Source: Geosiphon pyriformis uo1 (lineage: Eukaryota > Fungi > Glomeromycota). Taken from it: a stretch of DNA of 64,000 nucleotides. Both the position numbers and the translations under genes were made by a program. Each line of letters begins with the position of its first letter. The first letter of the stretch is position 1. Shown here in pieces: positions 51,001 to 64,000 of the stretch. The stretch is taken from assembly GCA_016748015.1 (NCBI GenBank), contig JAAOMT010000435.1, positions 227,223 through 291,222 on the forward strand, read 5' to 3'. The notes beneath the pieces are model-generated. The model was not told where the DNA came from. It saw nothing but the letters and a program-made list of their open reading frames with translations, and ran no database searches.

Positions 51001-51880
51001 GAATTAATGATAATTATAATAATTATTAGACAGAAAAAAACATAAAAATTGCATTGAAAAAGCGTTTATTAAAATACTAAATTAAATTATACAATTTAAA
51101 ATAAAAATTGTGATTATAAATAAAAAAAAGGAATAAAGAAAAGAGCAATTACGATTTTTTTTATAGCTTATATTTACAGTTTTTAATTTAATTAATCTAA
51201 ATTATATAAGATATAAAATATTTAAGTATTGTGAAACTTATTAACAACAAAGTTTTAAAGCATACTTTAAAAAAGATTATTAAATCACAATAACAAATTT
51301 TTAAATATATAAAATATTTTAAAAAAGTTTGAATTAAAAAGTTTTTAATGTAACTAGTTAATTGTTAAAATAGTATATTAAGAAAGATATAATTGTAAAA
51401 TATAGTTTTAGATATTGTTAATATGCATTAAAAAAAGCAAAAAAAATATTTTTTGTTATTATATATATAAAACTTGTATTTTTGATCAAATATATTAGTT
51501 TTTTTATAAACAAAACTTTAAAAGTTTGAAATATATTAATTTTATTTAAAAGAACAGTTAAAAAAACTGTCATAAAACATAAAAATCTTTACAAACAGTA
51601 GTCCTTAAAAAATAAGCTTTTGAAATATTTAGACAAAATAAAATAAAATTTTAATGTATTATAAATACAATTTTTAAGAATAAACATATATAGAGTAGCT
51701 GTGTAAACCTATTTTTAATAAATTTAACTATACAAAATTAATACTTAAATATTCAACAATATTTAAATAAAAAAAATAATCTTTGAAATTTATTAAGAAA
51801 AAAATTATCAAAAAAGCATTGAAAAATTTTAAATACTTGAAAATAATTTTATGTATTTTTTAATATATTATGTAAAAACA
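48011..51880. other. Extremely AT-rich, CpG-depleted relic, probably an unrecognisable decayed TE
   Basis: Same composition as the oldest TE copies; no diagnostic motif recovered. Confidence 0.4.
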
Positions 51881-54754
51881 CCTTGTATGAATGTCAATAG
51901 AGTTTCAAAGTGAAAGGTGCAAGCTGAAGAATTTTTTTCAATTCATTTATTTACTTATTTTTATTAAAATTATATATATCGAGTTGAATGTCAAGAGAAA
52001 CATAGAAAAGAGAAAAAATAACAAAGAATGAAAATAATGTTTTCTGCCTTTTTTCTTTATTTTTTAGACTATTTAATACTATATTGGACTTTGAACACTG
52101 GTACTCACGTGTGAAAACCAAGCATTAATTTTCAGTGATCAACAATTAATTTTTTGTGCTGGTTAGTGGGTGACCTAGAAATTCCATCATTAAGTATAAT
52201 ATTTAACGCTGAGAAGAGCTATTGGATAAAAAGCAGGTATGAGTTATCTTTTGAAGTTAACAGCGAAATGATTTCAGGGAGGAAATACACTTCCTTAACC
52301 TGATTTCAAAAAATCGAAAAACCCAATTTCTTTGCTATCAATTCAATTTGGTTGAAATGTTTGAAGCTTTGAATCGGGATGGTGATAGAGCCCTTAAAAG
52401 AGCAATAATTTTTCATAAATTAAAAAAAAATTTTAAGCCTTCTTAAATTGGTTTGTTTTTTGCTCAATGTAATTTGCTGATCCCAAATATCGGGAAATTT
52501 TGCTGTCCCAAGTGAATTGTCTCGTAATTACTCGTGGAAAAAAAGAAATAAAAACATATTAATTATTTCTAAATAGGGTTTGTGTAAAGAGACACTTGCG
52601 CAATCTCAGTCCCGAAAGTTTGTTATCTCAGTTGGTTATGGTTTGGCATGAGATTAATAAAGCTTCGGCTGAAAATTTTTTTATTTGTTATGTTGTTTTT
52701 TTAATCTTGAGATATTTTCCGAAGAATAAATCTGATTACCTCTTTTTTTGAGATACAAATTGAATTTTGCGAAATATTTAGTTTTGCAATTTAAGTTTAT
52801 TGGAAAATGAAGGGTAAATTGTTTTTCTAAATAAAATTTGAGATTTAATTTAGATTATTATCTTACAGTTTTTTATTTGATCTAATTTCTTCGATTTTCT
52901 TATCAAAAAAAATCAGCCTCAGCCTCGACTTTAAAAGCATCGAAACAAAGACACCTATTCTAATTTTTCCTTGTTTCAGTGTAGTCGACATAAACATATT
53001 TGTTAGACTTAAAAAATCTCCAAGTAACTTTCTCTATTGAGACTTAGCAACAAACAATCGAATTCCTGTTTTTAAATTAAAGGTCCAAGCTTTTGATAAT
53101 ATTAAAACAATAGATGACCATTTATTGGGTATTAGTTCAAAGAGTGACCATTTGACAAAATCTTTGTTATAAGTTAATGATAAATAAATTATTTTATTAA
53201 TCGATAAATTGGTATCACTTAAAAATTTTGCTTGATACGGAAATATCAAAAATTTTAATGATTAATTGTCCAAACAAATATTCTTGATTTTTAGGGAGTT
53301 TGAAGATGTTGAGCAACGTTACTTCGAAATTTCGACCCCCAAAATTTTTGAAAGAACTTAATGATAGTAACCATAAAATTTGATAAATTATAGAGAAATA
53401 GAGAAGAGGAAATATCTGCACTATTTCGAAGAACAATATATTTTTTGTTGTCAACTAGATTTGTATACTTCATAATAATAGAATTAACATAAAACAGAAT
53501 TATCAAATGTTTAATCTCCCTTTTTTTTTTTATTGGAAATGACAAACTAGATTTGTATACATATTTAAATAAAATATTAAGTGTGTGAATGTTATTTATA
53601 AGCAGTTCCCTGCAAAAATCAAAGATTTTTTTCATTTTTAAAATGTTGTGTTAGGGTAGAACTCGGGTTGGTATGAAGATTGTTTTTTTTAAAAAAAAAT
53701 GTAGCCACATGTTTCTTTGTTTGGAATGCCTAAATGTGCATATAATATAAAAAGGCAAATTGAAAACCAGTTTTGAAACAAACGATATTTTCGCATTACA
53801 TGAATAACACGATTGGCATATTAACATCGTGTGAATTTTGCTTTTTATTTCTCTTGAAGAGAACTGGATTACATTCATCAATCAGATCTGCTGACAACGG
53901 CATAAATTTCTTCCGTATAAGCTATTCTTTCAAAAATTTTAAATTGGATGCATCAATGAATTTACAATATCACTTTTTTCAGTTTAGCAATATTTGATTG
54001 TTTGGTTTGGAAAAGACATTTCTTATCCAAAACTATAATTCTCTGGAAAATAGATCTGACATGATTTTTTATTAATTTATAAATAAAATCATTAACAATT
54101 ACTTTGATTTTAATGAAAACTAAGAATTTTATTTATTGCTAATCTATTATATAAGTAATAGAAAATTGATAAATAATTTTTTTCAAGATTTTCTTATAAT
54201 AAGTATTTCTATTATTTTGTAAAATTTTTTAAAAAAATTTATTTAGAAAAAATTAATGTTTAAATAAAAAATATAATTTGTTAATAAAGAGTAAAATTTT
54301 TTATTTATATTTGATTAATAATATATATATTTATATACAAACCAAATTATTTTTTAATAAATATTTAAATTATATATATATCAAGTTAATATTTCAAAAT
54401 AAATAAATAATCAAAATTTTTTATTAAACAATTTTATTTTTATGAAAATAATAATTTCAATTTATTTATTAAATATTTCATTCAAATTTCTTGTTAAATT
54501 TAAAATAATTCATAATTAAATTATCTTAAATTTTATGTATTTATAAGTGTTATTTACAATCCTTTTTTATATTATAACAAATTTGACTGTTTTAAATAAT
54601 CAATTCATGCATTGAATGATTTCTAATTTATTTAATTATAAAGAGACTGTTGTTTATTATCACATTAGCAAATAGAAATGACAGTTTCAAAGATGTAGGA
54701 AAATTGTAGAATCTAATAATCTTTATTTAATCTCGGAAATCGCACATTAAGACG

Positions 54755-54842
54755 ACAAACGAAAAAAGAAACAAACAAACAAGCCAACAAGCAAACAAAT
54801 AAATAAATAAACAATAAATAAACAAATAAACAAGCAAGCAAA
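54755..54842. repeat. (AAAC/AAAT)n low-complexity tract
   Basis: aaacaaacaaacaagccaacaagcaaacaaataaataaataaac... Confidence 0.8.
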
Positions 54843-57307
54843 ATCTTGTGTGGAAGAAGATCCGTAAATTGAAAGATTTTCCGCTTATAATATATACAAT
54901 TGCTTATTAAGTTGTGTGTTATTCTCATCTTGACAAATCCATCAAGCTCGATTTGCTTCCTAGTCTAAAATTGCAAGCTTCGTTGGGGAGTAATTTCAAA
55001 GAATGCTACAAAGATTATTCCCAACTTTATTTTATTGCTTATTCGAAACGGATACAACCTCAACGTGCAGATCATGACAAATTGAATGTTTGCATAATCT
55101 GATATTTTTGTTATTTTCCCGATTCAAACATGAATATAAAATCACAAATAAACCAATTTGGCAATGGATGAAAGTAAATATTATGATCATGAGAAATATT
55201 CAATTAAATTGATGATTGATTAAAAATCTTTTTTTTTTTTTTTTTTTTTTTTTTCAATTTTTCTTTTTTTTTTTTTTTTTTGGTTTCTCCAAGTCAGATA
55301 ACTGCTGATTGTTGTATCCATTAAACAATTTTTCATTCAAGATGATTATATTGAATGATTAAAAAAAATTTGCTAAATAAAAAAAAAGAATTTTTATTTT
55401 TACATTTCATTAAGAAAAAAAATAATTAAGTTACATGTGTATATATCTTATAGCATTTTTTATTAAAAAAAATTATTTTATTTAATTGTCAAGAAATTTT
55501 TAAAACAATTTTTTTTTTAATAATAGAATATTTTAAATATAAATAATTTAAATTGTGTTTTTTGAGTATTAATGTCATAATCTTTTAAAATATTTTTTTG
55601 TAATTTTTCAATAACAAATAAACAAATAATAAGGCAAATTTACTATAAAACTGATTATTTGTATTTAAAGAATGAAAATTGCAAAAAATAATTTTGTTTT
55701 ATTTTATTTTTTTATAAATAATCTTTAATATAAAGAGAATTAATAAAATTAAATAATGATAATAAACCAATTATTCAATAATATATTATTAAAACAGTCT
55801 TTTATTATTAATAAATTAATTTTCGAAAACTTATAACGAAAATTCCTAAAAATCTCTCGACCAAGTTATCATTTAAACTTTTTCGTATCAAATAAAATTT
55901 TTTATTAATTTTTCTAAATTTCAAAGACTTCGAAACTGGCTTATCTTTTTTTACCATTCAATTTGCATGGAATTTTCTCCTATGCCCCGACTCTGTTTTA
56001 TCTTCAATAGGCATGACTTAACGAGAATTGATTAAGTTGACGGCTTAGTATTAAAAAATTACTTTAAAAGATTAAAGATAAGTGAATCATTAAAAAATCT
56101 TTTTATACTTGAAAAAAATTACCCGTATAGTCGTTTTTAAGTCATTAGTTAAATTCAAAACAAACAACAAACATATCTATCTTTGGAAGCGATTTGAAGT
56201 TGTGTAATTTCTAAAAATATCTTTCTTTTTTATTATTGATACTTGCCCTTTTTTTCATTTTATTAATCATGAATTTTCACAAGAATCATTCAAGAGGAGT
56301 TAAGATCGCTTTTGGTAGTCTTTTAAATTGAAAGCAAGAAAATGGAAATTTTTTACCAAATTATTTCGTTCAAATATGTTTTCTTACTAAGGAAAATATC
56401 AATAAGGATGAGCAGTTTTCTTGGGAATGAGTTTCAAAGTTGATCCACATAACGCCATCATAAACTTTCCTATATTATCAAAAAAAAAATTGGGAAAGAA
56501 TGTCTCTATGTAATTAGAATTAAAAGACAGTTAAACGATCTAAAATATTGATCACAAATAGCTGCTATGAAGAGCTGTGTTTATGTATTTTAAAATAGTA
56601 AAAATTGACTTGCTTTTACCATTAAAAGACTGATAGTCTAAATCTTAAAGAAAATATAATTAGATTTTTAAAGAAATGATCAGATAACATTTTTAAACCA
56701 TCTCTTAAATGACATGTTTTTGTCTCTAATGTTTTATTCCCATTCTCTGAAAATAAGTTATCTAGATGTTGGATTGTTATCAGAAAAAATTACAAGTTAA
56801 TCCCTTTTGGATGATGAGAAGGCCAGGACTAATAAAATTAATTTTTTATGAAAAGAATATTTATGGACAAGGATCGAGAAACTTAAATTAATAAATGGAT
56901 TTAAACTTTTTTTTTACTTGAATTATAACTAATTACTGCGATTTAGTTTTAATTCTTTGGTTTAATGGAAAAAAGGTGTTGAAAAGAAACTCACCTTGAT
57001 AGTGCGACAATTTCCAGAAGTATGTGTAGCATTTCTAATTCTGACTTATCGGGTTTGAAACTTATTCAATCGATGATAACTTTAATAGAAAAATTTTCTT
57101 TTTTTCAAGATCGAATAATTATGAAAGATAGAAATTGTGAAATAGTTGGTAGAAAATCTGGATCGCTTTTTAACGTTTAAAATTTTTTCAAGATCTGAGC
57201 ACTGGTCTCCTTGTAAAAAAAAAAGTTTATCATGTTGACATTTGACATAATAGATTAGCATTCATCGAAGAATTTCGATTAGGTTTTTTTTTTTTTTTTT
57301 TTTTTTT

Positions 57308-57327
57308 NNNNNNNNNNNNNNNNNNNN
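57308..57327. other. Assembly gap (20 N) between poly-T and poly-A runs
   Basis: N run in sequence. Confidence 0.99.
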
Positions 57328-57458
57328 TTAAAAAAAAAATAAAAAAAGATTCACCAAGAATGGTTTAATTTATGCATAAAAAAACTTTCCTAATCTTAAT
57401 TGAAACGATTATATCCTCTGTCTTTATTAGCAGGCAGGGCAGGCATGCAGACATATAT

Positions 57459-57489
<31 letters not shown>

Positions 57490-57752
57490 TATTCATCCAT
57501 AGTGAAAACATGGTAAAACCCGTTTAGGAATTATAAAATTTACAAAAAATAATTTATAAAAATTTATTTTTTGCTTTTTAATTTTTATAAAGAGTAAAAA
57601 TGAAAATTGATTAAATAAATATTGAGAAAATTGTTAAAGAAAGATGATTAGAATGTGTTATATTATTAAATTTATTCTTATAATAAAATAAAAAAACTCA
57701 CAGTTCTTTACAAAGTTACATGTTTACTTATTAGAAAAAAAAACTTTCAATC

Positions 57753-57775
57753 ATTATTATTATTATTATTATTTA

Positions 57776-57852
<77 letters not shown>
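57753..57852. repeat. (TTA)n microsatellite
   Basis: ~100 bp of near-perfect att repeats. Confidence 0.95.
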
Positions 57853-58179
57853 TAAACAATTATAGTATTTCTTATTTCTTACCATTAAGTAAAATAGAAA
57901 GACGACTTGTATGAATGAACAATCTGTTTTCTCGTAGCTCTTCAATATTTTTTCCACTTAAAAACTTCAGATGGATGGAATGTATGGGATAATCTTTTTT
58001 TCCTCTATTGTTTCTGAGGTTAACCTAATCCATCCAACTGATACCCTCTGGAATGTAAATCATAATAAAAATCATACCTGCTTTACGAAATATAATAAGT
58101 CAATTAGCTCGAATAGAATTATAAATAATTCCTTATGTCGCAATCCCATACTCGAGCTATCAAAAAATGATAAATAGAT

Positions 58180-58244
58180 ATTATTATTATTATTGTTATT
58201 ATTATTATGTACTTTAATAATAACAACAACAACAACAACAACAA

Positions 58245-58307
<63 letters not shown>

Positions 58308-58309
58308 TA

Positions 58310-58351
<42 letters not shown>
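58180..58351. repeat. Compound (ATT)n then (AAC/AAT)n microsatellite
   Basis: att repeats 58180-58208 followed by aac/aat repeats 58216-58351. Confidence 0.95.
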
Positions 58352-58352
<1 letters not shown>

Positions 58353-59541
58353 TCTATTTGTTTTACTTCTTTAAAGAGTTAATCAATATTCTGTTATAAC
58401 TTTTATTGCTACTTTTTACCTTTTCTTTTATCATTATATTTTATATTATATATTAATTAATTAAAATCATTAATCAATTAATATTGCTTTATAAATCGTA
58501 CCAAAATTACTCTCACCAATTTTATAAACATTCTTTAAACGCTCCCACAAAATCCATTCATGCTAGCTAACTAACTCTACCATATTTATATTTTTCATTA
58601 TTATTATTATTTTAAGTGAAATATATAGAATATATTAAAATTCTTAATCATTTCATCAACTACTTTATTACCGCTTGAAAAGTCATTATAAATTATTATT
58701 ATTTTCAAAAAAAGAACCAGCACGTTCTACAAACATTACACAAATTAAAGTTTTTTTCACACTCATTGAAATCATGAGATTTTCCACGAGTCATTTTTCC
58801 ATTGAAAATAACAATAAAATTTAAATATGTTAATTTTCTTTCTGAATTTTTTTTTAAAAAAAAAAAAAAAAGAGAAATTCTTTTTTAAAAGTTTTTACAT
58901 ATTGTAAATTTAGAAAATAATCATATAGTAAAGTATATAACACATGTACTTTTAAAAAGGCTGAACCAACACTTTTACTTCTGAGTTTAGATTAATTAAT
59001 GCTTGAAATAAAATGAATATACGTTTTCGAAATAAAATTTGATTTAATTTCCATTGAAATTCTATAAATTATATTGAAAATTTAATGATATATTGTTTTA
59101 TATTTATATATATACGGATCCTATATCAAATTTACCCCTTTAAAAAAGAGCTTTACCCAGATGAGGTTTATTCCCAGACTATATTAGTTATTAACTAGCG
59201 TGATAGGTATAAAATTTTACACTCACTCACTCACTCACTCATTAGTTTTTTTTTTATTAAATTTCTCATTTAAAGAATATAATTTCAAAACAAAGTAAAA
59301 TTATCAAAATTATATCTTATCGATATTCTCATAATATATTTACTCGTTTCTTGATTTCATTCTTAAACTTTGGGAAAAAACTTAAAAATCTAAATGATTT
59401 ATCAATGCAACAGTATTTTCACTTATGATTTCTGGTAAATTATTAATAGGGAAATTCCATTATTTTTTTTTTAATCATCTTTTGGAATTTATCAACCTTA
59501 ACTCAATCCTTTAATAAATAACCAAATAATGTTTCCAATTA

Positions 59542-59585
<44 letters not shown>

Positions 59586-60236
59586 GCTAGTTACATATTT
59601 CTAATCCGAGAATATCTATCAAAGTACTAATTTTTAAATTATTATATTTAAGATTTTGATAATTATTAAAGGTAAGCATATCCCTAAAACAGTGGCCTCC
59701 TATCGTCAGACATTTGTGTACCAATTATAAAATTTTTTTGTCCTCCACTTTTATTAGCTTGAAGTCAAAAAATTTGACGATTCGGTTCAACAACTAAAAT
59801 AACCAGTTATCTTTTCTTTTCAATAAGCAAAAATTTTAAGAGGTAACCAAAAAAAAAAATTTTTATAGAATTTTAATTTTCAAAGAAAAGGTTAAGAAAT
59901 AAAGGAAATATAAAAAATAATAGACACACTAAAGAATCAAACTCTGAGTTATAGTTATTAAAGATTTTAAAAACAGATTTTTTAACTATATGAACATTTA
60001 ATTAGCTTTTCTACCCATGGAAATGTATTTGCAAACTAAAATTTCTTTTTTTAATTAATTTCTATTATAAAAATTATATTGGAGTCTCTTATTTAAAATT
60101 GAAAATGTCGAAAATTTTGTAATGAAATTTTAGTTACACCTGTGTTACCAGCCATTGTATCTATTTAAATAAGAGGATCAAATTCGAAAAATTCGAGTTT
60201 TTGATAACAAAAACTAAAATTTCAAATGCTGCGATC

Positions 60237-60532
60237 ATGTCAGCTATTCAGGAGATTCCCAGTGACGAGGCAACTCATTTACCTTTACGAGAAACGGACT
60301 TATCATTTGAGCTTTATTATCCTACCATTGAGTCATTTCCGTCATCTAGAGCTCACCAAAAAATAACCGATATCTACACCGAAAGAATTCCTAAAAATGA
60401 TCTCAATGTGCAGAAAGTCGCTCAACTTCTTGGAGATATGACAGTGTCAACGGAAATGTCACTCTCAACTCATGAATTCACTCATTTACCTGGTTCGTTT
60501 AATTCAAAGAACAATGACCCTCAAAACCTTTG

Positions 60533-60564
<32 letters not shown>

Positions 60565-61697
60565 GTAATAATAATAATAATAATAATAAACATAAGAATA
60601 GCAATAATATTAGTACCAAAAAAGACTGGGAAGTCTCAAAAGCTGGTAGTTTGGATATCGACCGATTGCTCCCGTTTCTTCCAAACGATAAAATGGAATT
60701 TTGGAACAAAACTTTTATTGATTTAAAGGAAAAAACTCATTTAATGAACAAATTTAGACTTCTTTTTATCGAAGCAGTCAACCGCAGCGAAAAGGATCTC
60801 GTAGTTCCAAAATTTTCTCGGTTTTTGACCCAAAATGGTTTTGAACCAGAGATATTCTTTCTTTTGATCTCCACCGACCAACTTAAATGGCACTACGCAT
60901 GGTTACTAGGTGTTTTTTATGAATACGGCATTGGAACCGACGTAAACCAAGAAAATGCTTTTGAATCATATCTGATGACGGCCGAAACAAATGACACTTT
61001 TGGTCAAGTTTCCCTTGGAAATTGTTATTATGGAGGCAAAGGGACTGAAAGAGATGCTGGTAAAGCTTTTTACTGGTATCAAAGAACGGCTGAAAATGAT
61101 TCTGATCGTGGACAGTGTAATCTTGGATTATGTTACTCCCAAGGAATCGGAACCGAAAAAAATGGAGCCAAAGCTTTTTATTGGTATTTAAAAGCTGCTG
61201 AAAATGGCAATATTCGCGCACAGGCTACGATTGGATTCTATTATGAAAATGGAATCGGTACCATTAAAGATATAAATAAGGCATTCTATTGGTATCAAAA
61301 GTCAGCGGCAGGTGGATGGCCAATAGGTCAATACAATTGTGCCTTTTGTTATCTTAATGGTCAAGGAACACACAAGGATGAACATCAAGCCTTCGAACTA
61401 TGCCTAAAAGCTGCCGAAGGTGGAAGCATGGAAGCCTATTATATGCTCGGTTATTGTTTTTATAAAAAAATTGGGACTAGTTACAACCTAAAGAAAGCCT
61501 TTCATTGGTACAAAAAAGCAGCGGAAGGTGGTCATACAGAAGGAAAACATATAATCGCTGAATTTTATAGATATGGTTGGGGTACACGAAAAGATGTTCA
61601 CAAAGCATTTTTTTGGTACCGAGAAGCAATAGAAAGTGGTAGTCAGGGCAGCAATTCCGGGTTGGAAGAATTGGTTCAAAGTTTAGATACAGAGTAA
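60237..61697 (+). CDS. Sel1-like repeat (SLR) protein, 486 aa, seven 36-aa repeats, poly-Asn tract, intronless
   Basis: Open 1.46-kb frame with CpGs retained; first ATG 60237 (the ORF-track start is a TTG); repeats such as GQCNLGLCYSQGIGTEKNGAKAFYWYLKAAENG; TATA-like tatttaaata at ~60163. Confidence 0.92.
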
Positions 61698-64000
61698 AAG
61701 ATATTTTTCATAAAAAATGACTATCTAATGAATTCGGTTCATTTTTACATGCCTTTTTTTTTTTAAGATTTTTTTTAAGATCTTTCTCAACCCTAAACCT
61801 TCATGAAATTATGCCAATATCATTCCTAACCCTGATTCCCCACTTGTATTATGATTTAATTATTGTATATCTTTGTATAGTTCCATTGCATACAATATTT
61901 CCTTGTACCCGCCCAAAACTCGAAATTTTCTCAATGACAATTTAAAGTGGACTCACCAAAAGATTTTGTTCTCTTTGAGCTCAATAAATACGCAATTCTA
62001 AATAATTCTTTCAACGAAAAAGATTTTGATTTATTTTTGAGTTAATCATCATTGATTCACAAGCAAAAATTTTCCCTTTAATTGATTTCTCGAATGATGA
62101 CGTTTGTTGTGGAAAGCTTGAGGTAAGCAGGAAGAACCCTTAAACTAAATTTTTCTTTCACTCTGTTTTATCTGCATATGTTTCAATAAATCTATTCTTT
62201 GATCATTAGTTAAATAAATATGAAAAAAATTATCGTTCAAAGGAAAATTCACGCGAAACTTGAGTGTGTACGATTAAAAGGTTTGGAGTACAAATTGACC
62301 TGAATGAATAATTGACAGCTTTGTTCCACTAAAAACTTAGTAATCAATTACACTATTATGTAACCACCGCTTTTAGAAAGTGATGTATTACTTATATGAT
62401 AGGTATTCCAGTTGATATATCATATAATTTAAGACAAAAGAAATTGGCATTTATTTGAATATTTTTCATCTTCACAAATCATCGAATAAGATATTTTCTA
62501 ATACAAGAAAATTCATTGAAGAAGAAATCTGCATGCGTTTTGGACATTTAAAAATGTAAGTCTTTGATGGCATTTATCGTCATTCCTTTCATAACATCTC
62601 GGAAAAAATATCAGATATTCGTTGATTCTTTTTCATTTTCAAAGTATAGAATATAAGATAAATCCTGGATTGGAAATTTATTTAACTGACACTACATAAA
62701 TTTTCTGAAGATGGAAGGTATTTATTTTAATATTAAAATCAAAAATATTATTATAAATTTATGAGATAGTTCATGTGAATTTTTTCTAAAGAAGATTCCT
62801 TTTTTTTTGTTTCGTATCCGAGACTAGATATTTAATCTAGAATTCAAAATATTGACAAGTTTCATTGGAATCAGATTTTAAAAGAACAAATCATAATCTT
62901 AACATTTGGGATGGTGAAATAAAAAAATTTAAGCAGTCCCAAAACTTAAATTTCTAATAAATCAAATTTTTATTCAGTGTAACTCTTTGGAATATTTTTT
63001 TGAATCTAAAATTTAATATTAATTATTATTTGATATTTTTTCTGTGGTAAACTTTAGCTTTGTCGAAGAAATTAGAATTTTGAAAACGAATGAACCAATG
63101 TAAAAAATACAAATTTGTGTCATGTTCACCTAAGCAAAATTTATTGGAGTATGCATTTTTAACGGAATTTCAAAGATTCTTGCAAAGAATGTACATGAAT
63201 CTTTTTGAATGAAATTTTTTAAATCTTTATGTAAATTGTTTACACGTTTAATTCGATCAAATGTGTACGCAGCCCCCAGATCTTTGAGAAACAAATTTCA
63301 AGAAATTTACTTGATAATAAATTGAGTAGGTTATTGAACACACGAATCGAACATTTTCATTAAATATTTTTACTGGGTTCTAAAAAAAGAACCCTAATTT
63401 GTAACAAACCTTAAATTAATGAATGTTTTCGCCCTAATTCTAAACATTCTGCGCTTTGTGAAAGGGTAAAATGCACAATGATTATGTAAATTCTATTACA
63501 CACAACACTGTATTCCATTAAAGAATATAACATTGTCGTAGTCATGCCATCAATAATTTTATTTTATTTTTAATAGTTACATTCTTGGAAAATCAAAGGA
63601 AAAGCCAAAATCAAATGAGATCTTCTTTACTGGTAAAACTGAGGCTAGGCTAATCAAAGCTTTTAGTTTTCCTGGATATACAGTTGGGGTTTAAATTTTT
63701 AGCATTGGGATTTGGTTTGAGTAACTCTGATAACCTTAAACAAATAAGATTTTCTTTAATTGGTTTAATATTTTTATATTGTTGAAAAAGGATGCATGTT
63801 TCGAACTTGAATTAAAAATTTCTTTGCTCTTGATCAAACTTCAGAAAAGAAAATGTACCACACTTTCATACCAGGACATTCTGCGTTAAAATATTTTTAA
63901 CAAGATTTTAAAGTTTGAAAACTTTTAATTGGCTTATAATATGCACCTATTTTCATGATTCTTTAGAAAAAGTCTTTGTGTAAATACCTTTTTGGTCAAA

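Noticed and set aside
49380-51870. Possible plus-strand DNA-transposon coding relic (e.g. HKNCIEK at ~51041)
   Set aside because: Too decayed; no catalytic motif, TIR or TSD could be supported
13184-51880. Alternative genetic code, organellar or Mollicute-endosymbiont origin to explain frequent in-frame TGA/TAA and extreme AT content
   Set aside because: Stops map to TGG/CAA/CGA codons of less decayed sister copies in the same window, so they are mutational decay of nuclear TEs
57283-57340. Poly-T/poly-A inverted structure
   Set aside because: Spans an assembly gap, so the true sequence and spacing are unknown
57769-58399. Poly-N, poly-L and poly-I ORFs
   Set aside because: Translations of trinucleotide microsatellites
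60201-60236. ORF-track start of the Sel1 gene at 60201
   Set aside because: It is a TTG codon; the first ATG is at 60237
61700-64000. Possible further gene downstream of Sel1 (splice-donor-like gag|gtaagc at ~62120)
   Set aside because: No ORF of 60 aa or more in the track and no recognisable motif

Overview
Eukaryotic, very AT-rich DNA, most consistent with a repeat-rich fungal genome of the Glomeromycotina type (Geosiphon/Ambispora-like; this is an inference from TE protein style and the Sel1 gene, not a database result). Bases 1 to ~51,880 are a gene-free nest of decayed transposons. It holds two minus-strand Ty3/Gypsy elements with a dUTPase in pol. The first (1-13183) carries a solo LTR and a non-autonomous twin-LTR element inside gag; the second (~26088-45012) carries a pogo-type DNA transposon and a LINE. 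There are also three LINE copies of APE-RT-RNase H-CCHC type and two ORF1-only ('half-LINE') retroposons that share the LINEs' ~125-nt structured 3' tail. All TE copies have decayed almost exclusively by C>T/G>A transitions in a nesting-age gradient, and the few surviving CpGs are mostly TTCG/CGAA. From ~51,880 onward CpGs reappear; this part has microsatellites, a 20-N gap and one intact intronless Sel1-repeat gene (60237-61697). Top findings: (i) a fungal HAL1-like ORF1-only retroposon family paired with its autonomous LINE through a shared structured 3' UTR; (ii) a long U5-PBS hairpin in every LTR that carries a mimic of the primer tRNA 3' end (possible self-priming or priming switch); (iii) RIP-like transition-only hypermutation with a context fingerprint. 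All alignments and counts were done by eye; boundaries in the most decayed regions are approximate.
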